A stretch of DNA of 64,000 nucleotides, taken from the IMG/VR virus record IMGVR_UViG_3300037524_002016, positions 1-64,000 of that record. The stretch is one strand, 5' to 3'. Positions 16,336 through 26,327 of this stretch are shown piece after piece (position 1 is the first letter of the stretch; each line of letters starts with the position of its first letter). The stretch comes from a virus. Position numbers and translations under genes: made by a program. The notes beneath the pieces were generated by a model. It did not search any database, was not told the origin of the DNA, and worked only from the letters and a program-made list of their open reading frames with translations.

Positions 16336-16665
16336 ATGTCCAACGTTATTCCCTTCAAGGGCCCAACCCAGGGCCCGGCGACCGCTACCTCCCTCTCATC
16401 CACTGCGATCAAAGTCCGGGCTGACGACCTGTTCTTCGGGCTGATGTACTTCACGTGCCTCGACCCGGACCCGGAACTGGCCCGAGCCTGCTATGACGCC
16501 TTGCGGGGTGCTCTGTCCCTCGAACCGGGCCAAACCTACCTGGACCTGTCGCAGGACCTGCACGAGATCTGGGGTGAGTTACCGCCCCTGGCGGTGCGTG
16601 TCGGTGGCTTCTCCCTGGCCGCCGAGGTCGAACGAGAAACCTACGAAGCCGACGGCTGGGCCTGA
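16336..16665 (+). CDS. hypothetical protein
   Basis: MSNVIPF start; CACACGAGA leader. Confidence 0.75.
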   Translation: MSNVIPFKGPTQGPATATSLSSTAIKVRADDLFFGLMYFTCLDPDPELARACYDALRGALSLEPGQTYLDLSQDLHEIWGELPPLAVRVGGFSLAAEVERETYEADGWA

Positions 16666-16667
16666 CC

Positions 16668-16946
16668 ATGGCCCGCCGACGCCAACTGCGCGGCATTCCG
16701 CTCATTGAGCCGCTCGATCTGATTCCGACCTACAACCGACTGGTGGTGGGCGAGGCCTTGTATGTGAAAGGCCCCGACCATCAGCCGTGGTTGCGTCGGA
16801 TGTCTCATCGGGCGGTTCGGCGTGGCCGGGACTACCTCTACGTCCCGGTCACGCACAATGAGCACGGCATGCCACTTCCACGAGATCAAGTCGGCGCGCT
16901 GATCGTCAAGATCACCGCGGCCAAGGCGTACCCAAGACTAATCTGA
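16668..16946 (+). CDS. hypothetical basic protein
   Basis: ORF in the operon immediately before the primase. Confidence 0.65.
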   Translation: MARRRQLRGIPLIEPLDLIPTYNRLVVGEALYVKGPDHQPWLRRMSHRAVRRGRDYLYVPVTHNEHGMPLPRDQVGALIVKITAAKAYPRLI

Positions 16947-16956
16947 GAACACCGCC

Positions 16957-19806
16957 ATGTATCGCTATTACCAACTCGGGGAGAAAACTGAATGGCTGCC
17001 AATCCGCGACACCGACACCGTGGAGACCACCATACGAAAGCATGGCGGCATCAAGATGAGCGTGTTGGCCGTGTCCGAGATCATCGACTCGGCCGACGTG
17101 TCCGACAACTCTCATCTCCGGTACCGGGGGCCGCTTTACTTCGACATCGACATGAAGGAGGACATCCCGGCCGCGGCAGAAGCTGCCTTGGAGTTAGCCA
17201 ACCGGCTGCTGCGGCTGGGAATAGCCAGTTCTGACCTTTCCATTTTTGCTTCCGGGTCCAAGGGTTTTCACCTCCTGGTCCCGCAAAAGTGCTTTTCGAA
17301 TGGCCGGGCCGTTCAAGGTCTGCCGAAAATCTACAAGGAAATGGCCCTGCAGCTTTATGTCGAGGGCATGGACTTGCAGGTTTATTGCGGTGGGCGGGGC
17401 AACTGCTTTCGCCTCGCCAACGTCAAGCGGGAAGGCAAGGATTTCTACCGGGTGCCGCTGCATCTGGATGAACTGGAGGGGATGACGACAGAGCGCTATC
17501 GGGAGCTTACCGCGGCGCCCAGGGAATGGGTGTCCGATCCCGTCTACCAATACGCTCCCGGTCTGGAGAGGATATTTGAGACGGCCAGGCGCACGGCAAA
17601 GCAAAAACTGGCCTTTCACGACCCGGTGCCGGATGCACAACTGCAGGAATACGCCGAAGATTGGCCACAGTGCGTTGTGAGACTGCGGGATGGGGCCGTG
17701 AAGCCGGACGCTAATTTTAACAAGTTGGGCCTTGGCCTGGCGAGTTTTATCATTCGGGCCGGGGTCAGCGAGGATCGAGTCTCCGCACTGCTGACGAAGA
17801 CCGCGGAGAGCAACCGCAGCCGGACCTACGACACCCCGCGGTCCCGCATCCAGCAGTTGCGGGGCAACGTCCATTACGTGGCCGGCAACCCCAACTGGCA
17901 GTTCTCCTGCAACTACATGCGTTCCCTGGTACAGGGCAACCCCTGCGATGGTTGTCCCATCGGCCAATTGCGGCGCACGGTCGACGGCACCAGCCTCGAC
18001 TCTCTCATCCCGGTGGTGGAGCGGGGGCACTGTTATTACCGGGCCGGCAGTGAAGACGACCTGATCTCGACGTTTGTGATCAGAGCTTTGCAGAACTATG
18101 CCGAGGTTGGCCTGATCCACGGCCAGCACGACGTTACCGGGCTCGAGTGCGAGATCGTGATGAAGGGTGGCCGCACCGTCCGCCGGGTCATCCCGGAGGT
18201 GGCCTGGACCAGCCGGTCCTCCTTCCTGGCGGTCCTGACCGGGGTCGGCGACATCCAGTTTTTCGGGTCGGACCGGGACGTCCAAGCCATAAAGTATAGG
18301 GTCTACAACAAGCCAGAGGGGGAAGACAACGAGGCAGACATGGAAACGATTTACGAAGTCACGGCCGCCGGCATCCATTTCGAAGATTACATGGGCACCC
18401 CGACCCGTATTTATGTGGAGCCGGGCTGGGCTATCAACCATTGCGGCATCTCCGGCACCCACCAACTGAACGTCCAGGTCCAGGCTCCGCCGCGGGTGGC
18501 GGCCCTGCCGGACCTTCCGAATGGTGTGAGCCCCGAGGAACTGGAGGAGATCGACCAGGTCATGGTCGACCTTATGAGTATCAACACGCCGGAGAGCATG
18601 GCGGTTCTGTTGGGTTGGTTCGCCGCGGCCCACCTCAAGGCCCACATCGCGGCCGGCCGCACGAAAGAATTCCCACTGCTCAACGTCTGGGGCAATGCCG
18701 GTTCCGGCAAATCCAAGACCACCCGCCTGTTGGCGCTGTTGAGCGGGGTCGAGACAGCCGATGCCGAGTACGCCATCGACCTTCCCGGGACCACCCGTTT
18801 CCCGGTGTTTGCTTACGTCGGATCAACCACCACGGTGCCCCGCATCCTGGAGGAGTTTAACAAGTCCAAGTTTGTCGGTCATGCCAAGGGCCACTACATG
18901 GCGCTGTTCGAAATCTTCAAAGCGGCCTGGGACATGACGCCGGTATCACGGGGCGTTGTTGGCGGCAACGGCACGAGCGGCTCCCGCAAGCGGGTGAACG
19001 CCTCGATTGTCGAGATCACGCCGATCGCACCAATCATCATCGTGTCGGAGCAGGCCCCGGACGAGCCGGCCCTGCAGCACCGGACCCTTCAGGTCTTGCT
19101 GACCGGCGCCGGCCGGGACCGCGGTACCCCGCATTTCCAGGCGATAACCCATGACGTGACGCGCAAGGAGAAGATCCGCTATGTGGCCCGGGCCCTGGTC
19201 AGCCAGGCCATGGCCTCCGACGTCAGCCAGGTCTACCAGTGGATCGACAGTTGCCCGATCCGGTTTCCGGCCTCGCTGGAGAACCGGCCGCGGTGGAGTT
19301 ACCACGTGGTCTGGGGTGGGCTCCAATTTTTGGAGGCCACCCTGCGGCGCAGCCGGTTGACCCGGTCCGTGGATCGACTGCAGGAATTGATGGCCCGGAT
19401 GCAGGAAAAATTGGAGCGGGATGGCTCCTACATCAGCCGGCGCGTAGCGCGTTCGGAGGTGGATGCCGTGGTCGACGACATGGCCATGGCGGCACGAATG
19501 GCCGTCAACGACCACACCAAGACCGACCTTCTCACCTCCGGGGTCCATTACAAAGTCGAAGGCAACGTGCTGTACCTGGATTGGCTGGTCGGCCACGCCA
19601 TCTACATGCGCTTCGTCCGGCAGCAGGGCAAGACCGTGGTCCTCGACAATCCCAGCCGGTTCCTCGAACTCATGGAGCACGAGGAATACTACATGGGGAA
19701 GACCCGGGGAGCGCTGCCGACCAACTGGGACGTGGCGATGTTGGACATTGCGAAGATGCGGGAGAAGGGGATTCGGCCTGAGTTGTTTGAGGGAGTCACC
19801 ACATGA
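16957..19806 (+). CDS. AEP-type primase fused to a P-loop helicase
   Basis: YFDID and SGSKGFH primase motifs; FSC...PCDGC cluster; Walker A GNAGSGKS, Walker B ILEEF. Confidence 0.85.
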   Translation: MYRYYQLGEKTEWLPIRDTDTVETTIRKHGGIKMSVLAVSEIIDSADVSDNSHLRYRGPLYFDIDMKEDIPAAAEAALELANRLLRLGIASSDLSIFASGSKGFHLLVPQKCFSNGRAVQGLPKIYKEMALQLYVEGMDLQVYCGGRGNCFRLANVKREGKDFYRVPLHLDELEGMTTERYRELTAAPREWVSDPVYQYAPGLERIFETARRTAKQKLAFHDPVPDAQLQEYAEDWPQCVVRLRDGAVKPDANFNKLGLGLASFIIRAGVSEDRVSALLTKTAESNRSRTYDTPRSRIQQLRGNVHYVAGNPNWQFSCNYMRSLVQGNPCDGCPIGQLRRTVDGTSLDSLIPVVERGHCYYRAGSEDDLISTFVIRALQNYAEVGLIHGQHDVTGLECEIVMKGGRTVRRVIPEVAWTSRSSFLAVLTGVGDIQFFGSDRDVQAIKYRVYNKPEGEDNEADMETIYEVTAAGIHFEDYMGTPTRIYVEPGWAINHCGISGTHQLNVQVQAPPRVAALPDLPNGVSPEELEEIDQVMVDLMSINTPESMAVLLGWFAAAHLKAHIAAGRTKEFPLLNVWGNAGSGKSKTTRLLALLSGVETADAEYAIDLPGTTRFPVFAYVGSTTTVPRILEEFNKSKFVGHAKGHYMALFEIFKAAWDMTPVSRGVVGGNGTSGSRKRVNASIVEITPIAPIIIVSEQAPDEPALQHRTLQVLLTGAGRDRGTPHFQAITHDVTRKEKIRYVARALVSQAMASDVSQVYQWIDSCPIRFPASLENRPRWSYHVVWGGLQFLEATLRRSRLTRSVDRLQELMARMQEKLERDGSYISRRVARSEVDAVVDDMAMAARMAVNDHTKTDLLTSGVHYKVEGNVLYLDWLVGHAIYMRFVRQQGKTVVLDNPSRFLELMEHEEYYMGKTRGALPTNWDVAMLDIAKMREKGIRPELFEGVTT

Positions 19807-21314
19807 CTGCAGCCACAGTTGCAAAGGAACCCAAACCCCTCACCCTGGCCGACATCCTCGACCAGATCAAGGTTCGCAACCTCAAGGCCGCCCAGAACGT
19901 TCATCTCAAGGTGGTGCCCGAGCCCCACCAGATCAGTGGGTTCAGCGCCGCGATTCGCAGCGACAACCTTCGTTACGGTCTCTACGATGACCCGGGCCTG
20001 GGCAAGTCCCTGGTCAGTTATCTGTTCCTGGCTTACTACCTGCTGCAGGGCAACCGGGCCTTGGTGTTGATGCCGCCCATTCTCCTGACCCAGTACGTCG
20101 AGGAATTCCAACGCATGTTGGAATTCCGGGACTCTAAGCCAACGATGCACATCCTGAACGAGAGCCCGGCGGCGCGGAAGGAACTCTACGCCCACTGGAA
20201 CAGCAACCTCCGGCGGAACTGGCCGAGGGTCTTGCTCATGTCGTACCAGCTTTTTCTGAAGATCCGGGGAGAACTCGCCCTGGACCTCTATGACGTGCTG
20301 ATTGCCGATGAGTCCCATGCCCTCAAGGAGCCCACCTCGGGGATCCACCAGGCCGTCGCCGAATTCCTGGGGCCGTCTTGGCTCCGCGACGGCAAGGCCT
20401 TCCTGTCCATGACCGGTACGGTGATGCCGACCGACATCGGCTGCGCCTACGGCATGATCAAACTGGTCAGCCCGAACTGCTATCACGACAAGCGCGCTTT
20501 CGAACGGGAACATGCCGTCAAGGTGCTAGATTCCTACGGCAAGGCCAAGATCGTGGCCTGGAAAAATTACCCGGAACTGACCCGTAAGTTGTACCGGAAC
20601 GGCCGCCGCAAAACCATCGACGAGGTGCTGCCGATGAACCGGCCCACTATCATCGAGACCGCGATCGATTTGCATCCAAAGCACCTGGAACTGTACCGGA
20701 AGCTCCTAACGGAACGGATGCTGGAGTTCGAAGACGGCTCGGTGCTGGACGCCACCCAGGTGCAAGCACTCCGCATGCATGCCCGGAAGATCATCGCGAA
20801 CCCGGACGAGTACAGCGATTCACCCATCAAGAACCACGTCCACCTGGCTGTCGACCAGTTGCTGGACTCCATCGGGACCCGGGAGAACAAGGTCATCATC
20901 TTCGCTTGGTTCCAGATGACCATCGAGGCATTGGCGGCCCGCTACAAAGACCTCAACCCGGCCGTGATTTATGGTGGGAGCAACACCGAAAAGAACAAAC
21001 GGAAGTTCCTGGAGGACCCCAGTTGCCGGGTGGCCCTCATCAATCCCGACTCTGGCGGCATGGGCCTCAACTTCCAGGGGGTTTGTTGTACCGAGATTTT
21101 TGCGGAGGCCCTTACCACTCCGAAGTCGTTCGAACAAGGGATTGCACGGGTGGCACGAAAGGGGCAGACTCGCCCAGTCAGGGTCTATCCTCTCCGGGTC
21201 CGGGGTACGGTGTCCACCCACATGATGAACGTCATGCTGAAGCGTGTAGAAGCTCGGCGAGATGTGCTGCTGGACAAGAAAACTGTATTCGACATGTTAC
21301 TGGGGAGAGAGTGA
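19803..21314 (+). CDS. SNF2-family SF2 helicase
   Basis: DDPGLGKS, IADESH, MTGT, GGMGLNFQ, QGIARVARKGQ. Confidence 0.92.
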   Translation: MTAATVAKEPKPLTLADILDQIKVRNLKAAQNVHLKVVPEPHQISGFSAAIRSDNLRYGLYDDPGLGKSLVSYLFLAYYLLQGNRALVLMPPILLTQYVEEFQRMLEFRDSKPTMHILNESPAARKELYAHWNSNLRRNWPRVLLMSYQLFLKIRGELALDLYDVLIADESHALKEPTSGIHQAVAEFLGPSWLRDGKAFLSMTGTVMPTDIGCAYGMIKLVSPNCYHDKRAFEREHAVKVLDSYGKAKIVAWKNYPELTRKLYRNGRRKTIDEVLPMNRPTIIETAIDLHPKHLELYRKLLTERMLEFEDGSVLDATQVQALRMHARKIIANPDEYSDSPIKNHVHLAVDQLLDSIGTRENKVIIFAWFQMTIEALAARYKDLNPAVIYGGSNTEKNKRKFLEDPSCRVALINPDSGGMGLNFQGVCCTEIFAEALTTPKSFEQGIARVARKGQTRPVRVYPLRVRGTVSTHMMNVMLKRVEARRDVLLDKKTVFDMLLGRE

Positions 21315-21321
21315 CACCCAC

Positions 21322-21350
21322 TTGACACCACATTGTGGGTATGTTAGAAT
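21322..21350 (+). promoter_or_regulatory. sigma70-like promoter with an operator-like palindrome in the spacer
   Basis: TTGACA-N17-TAGAAT; CCAC-ATT-GTGGGTA. Confidence 0.75.
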
Positions 21351-21366
21351 CACAACGGAGAAGTCG

Positions 21367-21591
21367 ATGAAGAAGATTAATACATATCTGGCGGATCGCC
21401 AGATTGACGGATTAGACGAATTGGCTACGAAGACGGGCATCAAGTCTTCGGAGCACATCAGGCGTGCAATCGACGCCTACCTCGCCGAGCAGGCTGGCCT
21501 GCTCAAAACCGAGCATTACTCGCTCGGAAACCCTAAACCTAAATCAGAAGGAAACGACAATGGCACTACAGAGAACCGCTCAAATCGATAG
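21367..21591 (+). CDS. ribbon-helix-helix transcriptional regulator
   Basis: MKKINTYL..RQI..LDELA.KTGI..SEHIRRAIDAYL; GGAG RBS. Confidence 0.85.
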   Translation: MKKINTYLADRQIDGLDELATKTGIKSSEHIRRAIDAYLAEQAGLLKTEHYSLGNPKPKSEGNDNGTTENRSNR

Positions 21592-22318
21592 CGATCCCTT
21601 CTCAAACGAAAACGACCCCTTTGAAGGTGGCGCCCCGGCGGTAACCGGAGCGCCCGCGGAAACGGAAAACCACCAGGCCCTCGCAGTTGCACCCTCTGCC
21701 TCAGTCCCCGTCGTCGCGTCCCGTGCAAAAGGCTACGACGTCTCGGAGGTCCTGTCGCCCGAGGAAATGGAAGGTCTGGAACTCGGCTTCGGCTCGTTCC
21801 CGATCGTCACTCTAGACGGCAAGGAGTTCGATTGCAAGGGCCAGAACTGGACCCTGGGTGACTCCTTCACCGGCCGCATCTTCTCCTACCGGCCCAAGTA
21901 CCTGGCCAAGGTCCGGGCCGACAAGGACGCCATCAAGGAGCTGGGCATCGACCCGGTCATCGTCTACACCTACGACGACTTCCGCAAGGATCCCGGCGCC
22001 CTGGACACCAACGGCGTTCCGATCGCCGACCGCGTGGCCTACTGGAAGGGCAAGGGCAAGGGCTACGAGTTCGACAAGTACATGGAAGTAAACTTCGAGA
22101 TGATCGACCCGGGCCAGCCCTGGGACGGCGTTCTCGTCCAGTTGTCGGTCTCTAAGGCCTCGGTGCCGAAGTTCTCCGCCTATGTGATGGCTGCCCTGGC
22201 CGGCCAACAGAAGAAGCGCTACGACGCCGTCATCACCAAGGTCCACAAGGGCGACCGCATTACGGTCGGCACCGACGTCTTCCGTCCCTGGGCGTTCTCG
22301 TACGTCAGAGATCTCTAA
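21560..22318 (+). CDS. replication-module protein (possible ssDNA-binding protein)
   Basis: Strongly biased codons; lies between helicase and polymerase; function inferred from position only. Confidence 0.6.
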   Translation: MALQRTAQIDSDPFSNENDPFEGGAPAVTGAPAETENHQALAVAPSASVPVVASRAKGYDVSEVLSPEEMEGLELGFGSFPIVTLDGKEFDCKGQNWTLGDSFTGRIFSYRPKYLAKVRADKDAIKELGIDPVIVYTYDDFRKDPGALDTNGVPIADRVAYWKGKGKGYEFDKYMEVNFEMIDPGQPWDGVLVQLSVSKASVPKFSAYVMAALAGQQKKRYDAVITKVHKGDRITVGTDVFRPWAFSYVRDL

Positions 22319-22323
22319 TTCGC

Positions 22324-22352
22324 CGGGTGGCCGACCTGCGGTCGGTCACCCG
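22324..22352. other. 13-bp intergenic hairpin
   Basis: CGGGTGGCCGACC-TGC-GGTCGGTCACCCG. Confidence 0.7.
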
Positions 22353-22414
22353 AAGGACCGGAATCTTTGACCTCGCACCCGGCTCCGGCCGGGTGCCTGC
22401 CCACGAGGAACGCC

Positions 22415-25186
22415 ATGGAACCTTTTTCCTTTCACGTGCTCCTCGACCTGAGGGGCCTGGTCCTTCGCGCCTACCATTCCGGGGTCGATCCCGACGCCTA
22501 CCCGGTGGAAGGGCGTCCCGTCAACACCGCGGCCTACGGCCTCGATGTCTTCATTGACCGGTACCTGAAGCCGGTCCTTACCTACGCCCAGCCACTCGAC
22601 ATCATTGCCGTTCACGACGCCGGCAACGAGTACCGGCGCGCCCTTTATCCGGACTACAAGCTCAAGCGCCGCGAGAAACTCGCCGGCGAGTTCGAGAAAC
22701 AGCAGGCCGACCTGTTGATGCGGCTGGTTCGGGACCTGCTGGCCCAGTTGGGCTGCCTTCAGGTCTACTGTGAAAAGACCGAAGCCGACGATGTCGTGGC
22801 CTATCTGGTCGAGAAGTTACACGGCAACAAAGCCATCTACACGGTTGACGAAGACCTCGTACAACTGGCCACCCCTGACGGGGTGACCGTTTTTCGTGGA
22901 GACGACTGCTTCACCGATGAAATCCACGGCATCCCAGCCGAGCTTCTGGTCCTCCGCAAATCCATCATTGGTGATTCTTCCGATGGCTATGGCGGTGTCG
23001 AGGGGGTCGGTCCCAAGGGCTTCGACAGCCTGCGGGACGACTTCGGTATCGATGGTCTCTACGAACTGGACAAGATCGTCCGGACCCAAGACTGGAATGA
23101 CCTTGCTGCCTGTTGCACAGGCAGCAAGGTAATACAAAAGCTCTATGATCAGCGCCAGCAGTGGCACCTCTGCTACCAACTGGCCCGGCTGCATCCCGAG
23201 ATCTGCTACCAGATCAAGGACCGGAGCCTGAGGACATTGAAATGGCTCAAGCGACTCCCGAGTCGGGACAATGTTGCCAGTTTGCTTGAGCAGACGGGCA
23301 ACACCCACCACCTGGAGGCCCTGGAGAAGTTCTTGCCGCGGTTCACCCTGGTTACCCAGGCCAACCTGATGCAGGTGCTCCCCGAGATCAAGGGCTACCT
23401 CGCGGAGAACAGCTTTGCCGCGTTCGACTACGAAACCTATGACCCCGTCCAGTGGGAGCCCTTCCAGCGGGCCAACAAGCGGGGCCAGTACCTCGACATT
23501 CTGAGTCACATGCCGACCGGTGCATCCTTTGCCGTGGGTCCCAACAACGCCCGGGCCTACTACTTCTCGACCGAGCACAAGGACACGGCCAACGTGCCAG
23601 CTGGGGTCATTGGCGGGATGATCCAGTACATCGAACTGGAGCGGAAGATTCCCCTGGCCGCCCACAACGTCGCCTTCGAAGACGCCGTCACCGGCAACAC
23701 CTTCCACTATCGATTGCAGTCCCGCTGGGACACGATGCTGATTCAGCGGCACCTGGATGAAGAGGGTTTCTCCGGTCTCAAGCACCTGTCGAAGCACTAC
23801 TTGGCCTACGACCAGACGACGTATGCGGAGTGTTTAGCTCAGGCTGGGCACACAGCAGCCATGGCTGCTGTGTGCGAAGACTCCGAGGGCGACTTGCCGC
23901 CCACGGCCGCCGTCCACATGGCCGATCTGACCGGCGAGGAAGTCCTCCACTACGCCTGTGACGACGCCCTGGTGACGGCACACCTGCTCCCGCTCATGGT
24001 CCGGCTGGGCCAGATCGAGGGCTGGTGGAACCATGTCCGGGAAACGGAGTTCACTGCGGCAGCGCCCCTGGTCGACGTCTACCTGGATGGTGTGCCGGTG
24101 GACTATGAGCGGCTGGACTACCTCGCCAGCGAGGACCGGAAGACCATCGCCGCCGGCCAGGTCAGGGTCCGTGAACTCCTGCAGGCTCACTGCACGAGCG
24201 CATCTGACGAGGCCGTGGACCGGTTGATGGAGGAACTGGAACCCTTCATCCGGGCCAAGGCCAAGGCCGACGGCAAGACCGCCACCGAGGCCACGGAGAA
24301 GGTCAAAGCCGAGCGCGCGTACTTCGAGATCGAAGGCAGTTACCGGCCGTGGATCGAGATCACGGAACGGATTCCCTTCAATCCGACGGCGACCCAACTG
24401 AACAAGGTGGGCGAAGCCCTGGGCGTGGTGACGCCGCTGGAGAAACTGACCAAGGGCACGCTGACGGCCTACATCAGTCAGGCCATGGCCGAGCATCGAC
24501 CGGATCCGGATTCCGATCTGGGGCGGTTCCTCGATCTGTTGCGGCATGCCACCGGCAAGGCCTTCAAGGAATTGAATTCGCCGGAGCGTCTGGCTCTGAT
24601 CAACTTCTGCGAGGGCATCCTGGGCCAGAACATTAAGACCACCTGGACCGGCAGCGAGTTGAACTCAGGCAGCGGCAAGCAGATGCAAGCCTTCCTCTAC
24701 GTGATGCTGGATTTGCCGATTCGCCTCCGTTCGAAAGTCGACAAGGGCTCGACGCGGGAGCAACTCGGCTTCGAGGGCGCGCCCTCGACCAACGAGAAGG
24801 CCATCAAGGTGGCGATCGCCGAGGACACCAAAGGCAAGGGTTTGCCGGACACCTGGATGCCCTGGGCCGAACTGCAGAAAGCCATCGAGGTTTCGGCGAA
24901 CGGCGACTGGAAGGCCGAGGTCCTGCTGACCTGGTTGGCTGTCGGCAAGGCCCAGACCCGGGAAGAACTGTACTGGACGCCCTACCCGCTGTGGAAGCAC
25001 CCGAAGGACGGACGCATCCACCCCTTCTTCCGGCCGTCCGGCACGGAAACACGGCGGCCGACCGGGTCGTCGCCGAACCTGTTCCAGGTTTCGAAGAAGG
25101 ACGGCGGGTATGTCCGTTCAATGTTCGTGCCGTTTGAACCGGAGCGGGCACGGGTGGTGCCAACTAATGTGGAGAAAGCAGCATGA
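22415..25186 (+). CDS. polA: family A DNA polymerase, N-terminal chain (5'-3' exonuclease, 3'-5' exonuclease, thumb, start of palm)
   Basis: YR..LYPDYK..R, EADDV, DEDL.QL, GDSSD...GV.GVGPK; FDYET, HNVAFE, YACDDA; DGRIHP...T.TRR.....PNL.Q...VRSMFVP. Confidence 0.9.
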   Translation: MEPFSFHVLLDLRGLVLRAYHSGVDPDAYPVEGRPVNTAAYGLDVFIDRYLKPVLTYAQPLDIIAVHDAGNEYRRALYPDYKLKRREKLAGEFEKQQADLLMRLVRDLLAQLGCLQVYCEKTEADDVVAYLVEKLHGNKAIYTVDEDLVQLATPDGVTVFRGDDCFTDEIHGIPAELLVLRKSIIGDSSDGYGGVEGVGPKGFDSLRDDFGIDGLYELDKIVRTQDWNDLAACCTGSKVIQKLYDQRQQWHLCYQLARLHPEICYQIKDRSLRTLKWLKRLPSRDNVASLLEQTGNTHHLEALEKFLPRFTLVTQANLMQVLPEIKGYLAENSFAAFDYETYDPVQWEPFQRANKRGQYLDILSHMPTGASFAVGPNNARAYYFSTEHKDTANVPAGVIGGMIQYIELERKIPLAAHNVAFEDAVTGNTFHYRLQSRWDTMLIQRHLDEEGFSGLKHLSKHYLAYDQTTYAECLAQAGHTAAMAAVCEDSEGDLPPTAAVHMADLTGEEVLHYACDDALVTAHLLPLMVRLGQIEGWWNHVRETEFTAAAPLVDVYLDGVPVDYERLDYLASEDRKTIAAGQVRVRELLQAHCTSASDEAVDRLMEELEPFIRAKAKADGKTATEATEKVKAERAYFEIEGSYRPWIEITERIPFNPTATQLNKVGEALGVVTPLEKLTKGTLTAYISQAMAEHRPDPDSDLGRFLDLLRHATGKAFKELNSPERLALINFCEGILGQNIKTTWTGSELNSGSGKQMQAFLYVMLDLPIRLRSKVDKGSTREQLGFEGAPSTNEKAIKVAIAEDTKGKGLPDTWMPWAELQKAIEVSANGDWKAEVLLTWLAVGKAQTREELYWTPYPLWKHPKDGRIHPFFRPSGTETRRPTGSSPNLFQVSKKDGGYVRSMFVPFEPERARVVPTNVEKAA

Positions 25187-25431
25187 AGTTTTGTAAGGAC
25201 TGTGTGCACGTTGAAGTACTGGGAAAAGCAACGTCTTGTTACTGGTGCAATCGGGCCCTCACTTTTTATCAGGACCCGGTCACCGGGGATAGAATAGAGA
25301 CAGGCAGCCGACAGTGCATGGACGAACGCTCGAACGAAGGCCTCTACCATTGCGGACCCGAGGGCCAGTACTTCATCAAGCGTCGGCCCTGGTGGGCCAA
25401 GTGGGTGGACCTGTGGTTCGGAGGTCACTGA
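25183..25431 (+). CDS. small Cys-rich protein between the polymerase halves
   Basis: CKDC...C...C...CGPEG; ATGA and TGATG coupling on the two sides. Confidence 0.75.
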   Translation: MKFCKDCVHVEVLGKATSCYWCNRALTFYQDPVTGDRIETGSRQCMDERSNEGLYHCGPEGQYFIKRRPWWAKWVDLWFGGH

Positions 25432-26327
25432 TGGCACACGTCATCATTTCGGCCGACTTCAACCAGCAGGAACTGCGTTTGTTGGCCTCGGAATCCGAGG
25501 ACGCCACCCTGATGGACGCCTACCTCGGGGAAACGCAGAAGGACCTCCACACTATCACGGCCTGTGCCATTGCCCCCGGCGAGATCTTGCGCAGCGGGGG
25601 CCGGTTCATTCTTCGTGACGTCGAATTGGACTCGGCCACGGGCCGAGTCCGATATGACTTCTATGAACAGGCCCGGAAACAGAAGGACGACCTCGGCCAG
25701 TTCCTGGACAACATCCGCGGCAAGGGCGCCAAGCCGGCCAACTTCCTGATCGTGTTCGGGGGCGGGGCCGGGACCTTGGCAGCGAACCTGATGATCAAGC
25801 GGCAGATCGCCCAGGAATACGTCGAGGGCTGGCTGGACACCTATCCCGGGGTGCCGAAGTGGTGGGCCAAGGTCGACGAATTCGCTCGCCGCAACGGTTA
25901 TGTTCAGACCGTCTATGGAACCAGGAGACATTGCTGGCCGAATATCGTGTCGCAAGATAGCAACCAACGTTCAGCTATGGAGAGACAGTGTCGCAATTTT
26001 CTTATACAGGGAAGTGCATCAGAAATTCTCAAAATTGTCTTAGCTGGTACAGCTAAGACCCGGCTCTTCAAGGAGACCGGTGCCAAACTCATCGCCCCGG
26101 TCTACGACGAAATCACGGCTTCAGTGCCCGTCGAGGCCGTGGTCGAGTACTGCGGTCGGCTGTCGGCTTTGATGGCCATCACCCCACCTGGACACAAGGT
26201 CCCCATGGTCCCCGAGATCTCCATCGGCCGAGAGAACTGGGGCAACAAAGTTGAACTGGGCGCATTCCCATCAGCGGAGGCCATTGAGGCCGCGGTGCGG
26301 GGTGAGCCTATGGAGAATGCGGCTTGA
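25431..26327 (+). CDS. polA: family A DNA polymerase, C-terminal catalytic chain (motifs A, B, C)
   Basis: SADFNQQELR (A), DLH, R...AKPANF.IVFG (B), NFLIQGSA, PVYDEI (C); own GGAGG RBS. Confidence 0.92.
   Translation: MAHVIISADFNQQELRLLASESEDATLMDAYLGETQKDLHTITACAIAPGEILRSGGRFILRDVELDSATGRVRYDFYEQARKQKDDLGQFLDNIRGKGAKPANFLIVFGGGAGTLAANLMIKRQIAQEYVEGWLDTYPGVPKWWAKVDEFARRNGYVQTVYGTRRHCWPNIVSQDSNQRSAMERQCRNFLIQGSASEILKIVLAGTAKTRLFKETGAKLIAPVYDEITASVPVEAVVEYCGRLSALMAITPPGHKVPMVPEISIGRENWGNKVELGAFPSAEAIEAAVRGEPMENAA

Noticed and set aside
25140-25440. Split intein or group I intron at the polA break
   Set aside because: No Cys/Ser intein start or HN-C/S/T end; the insert is a coupled ordinary ORF with no recognisable endonuclease motif
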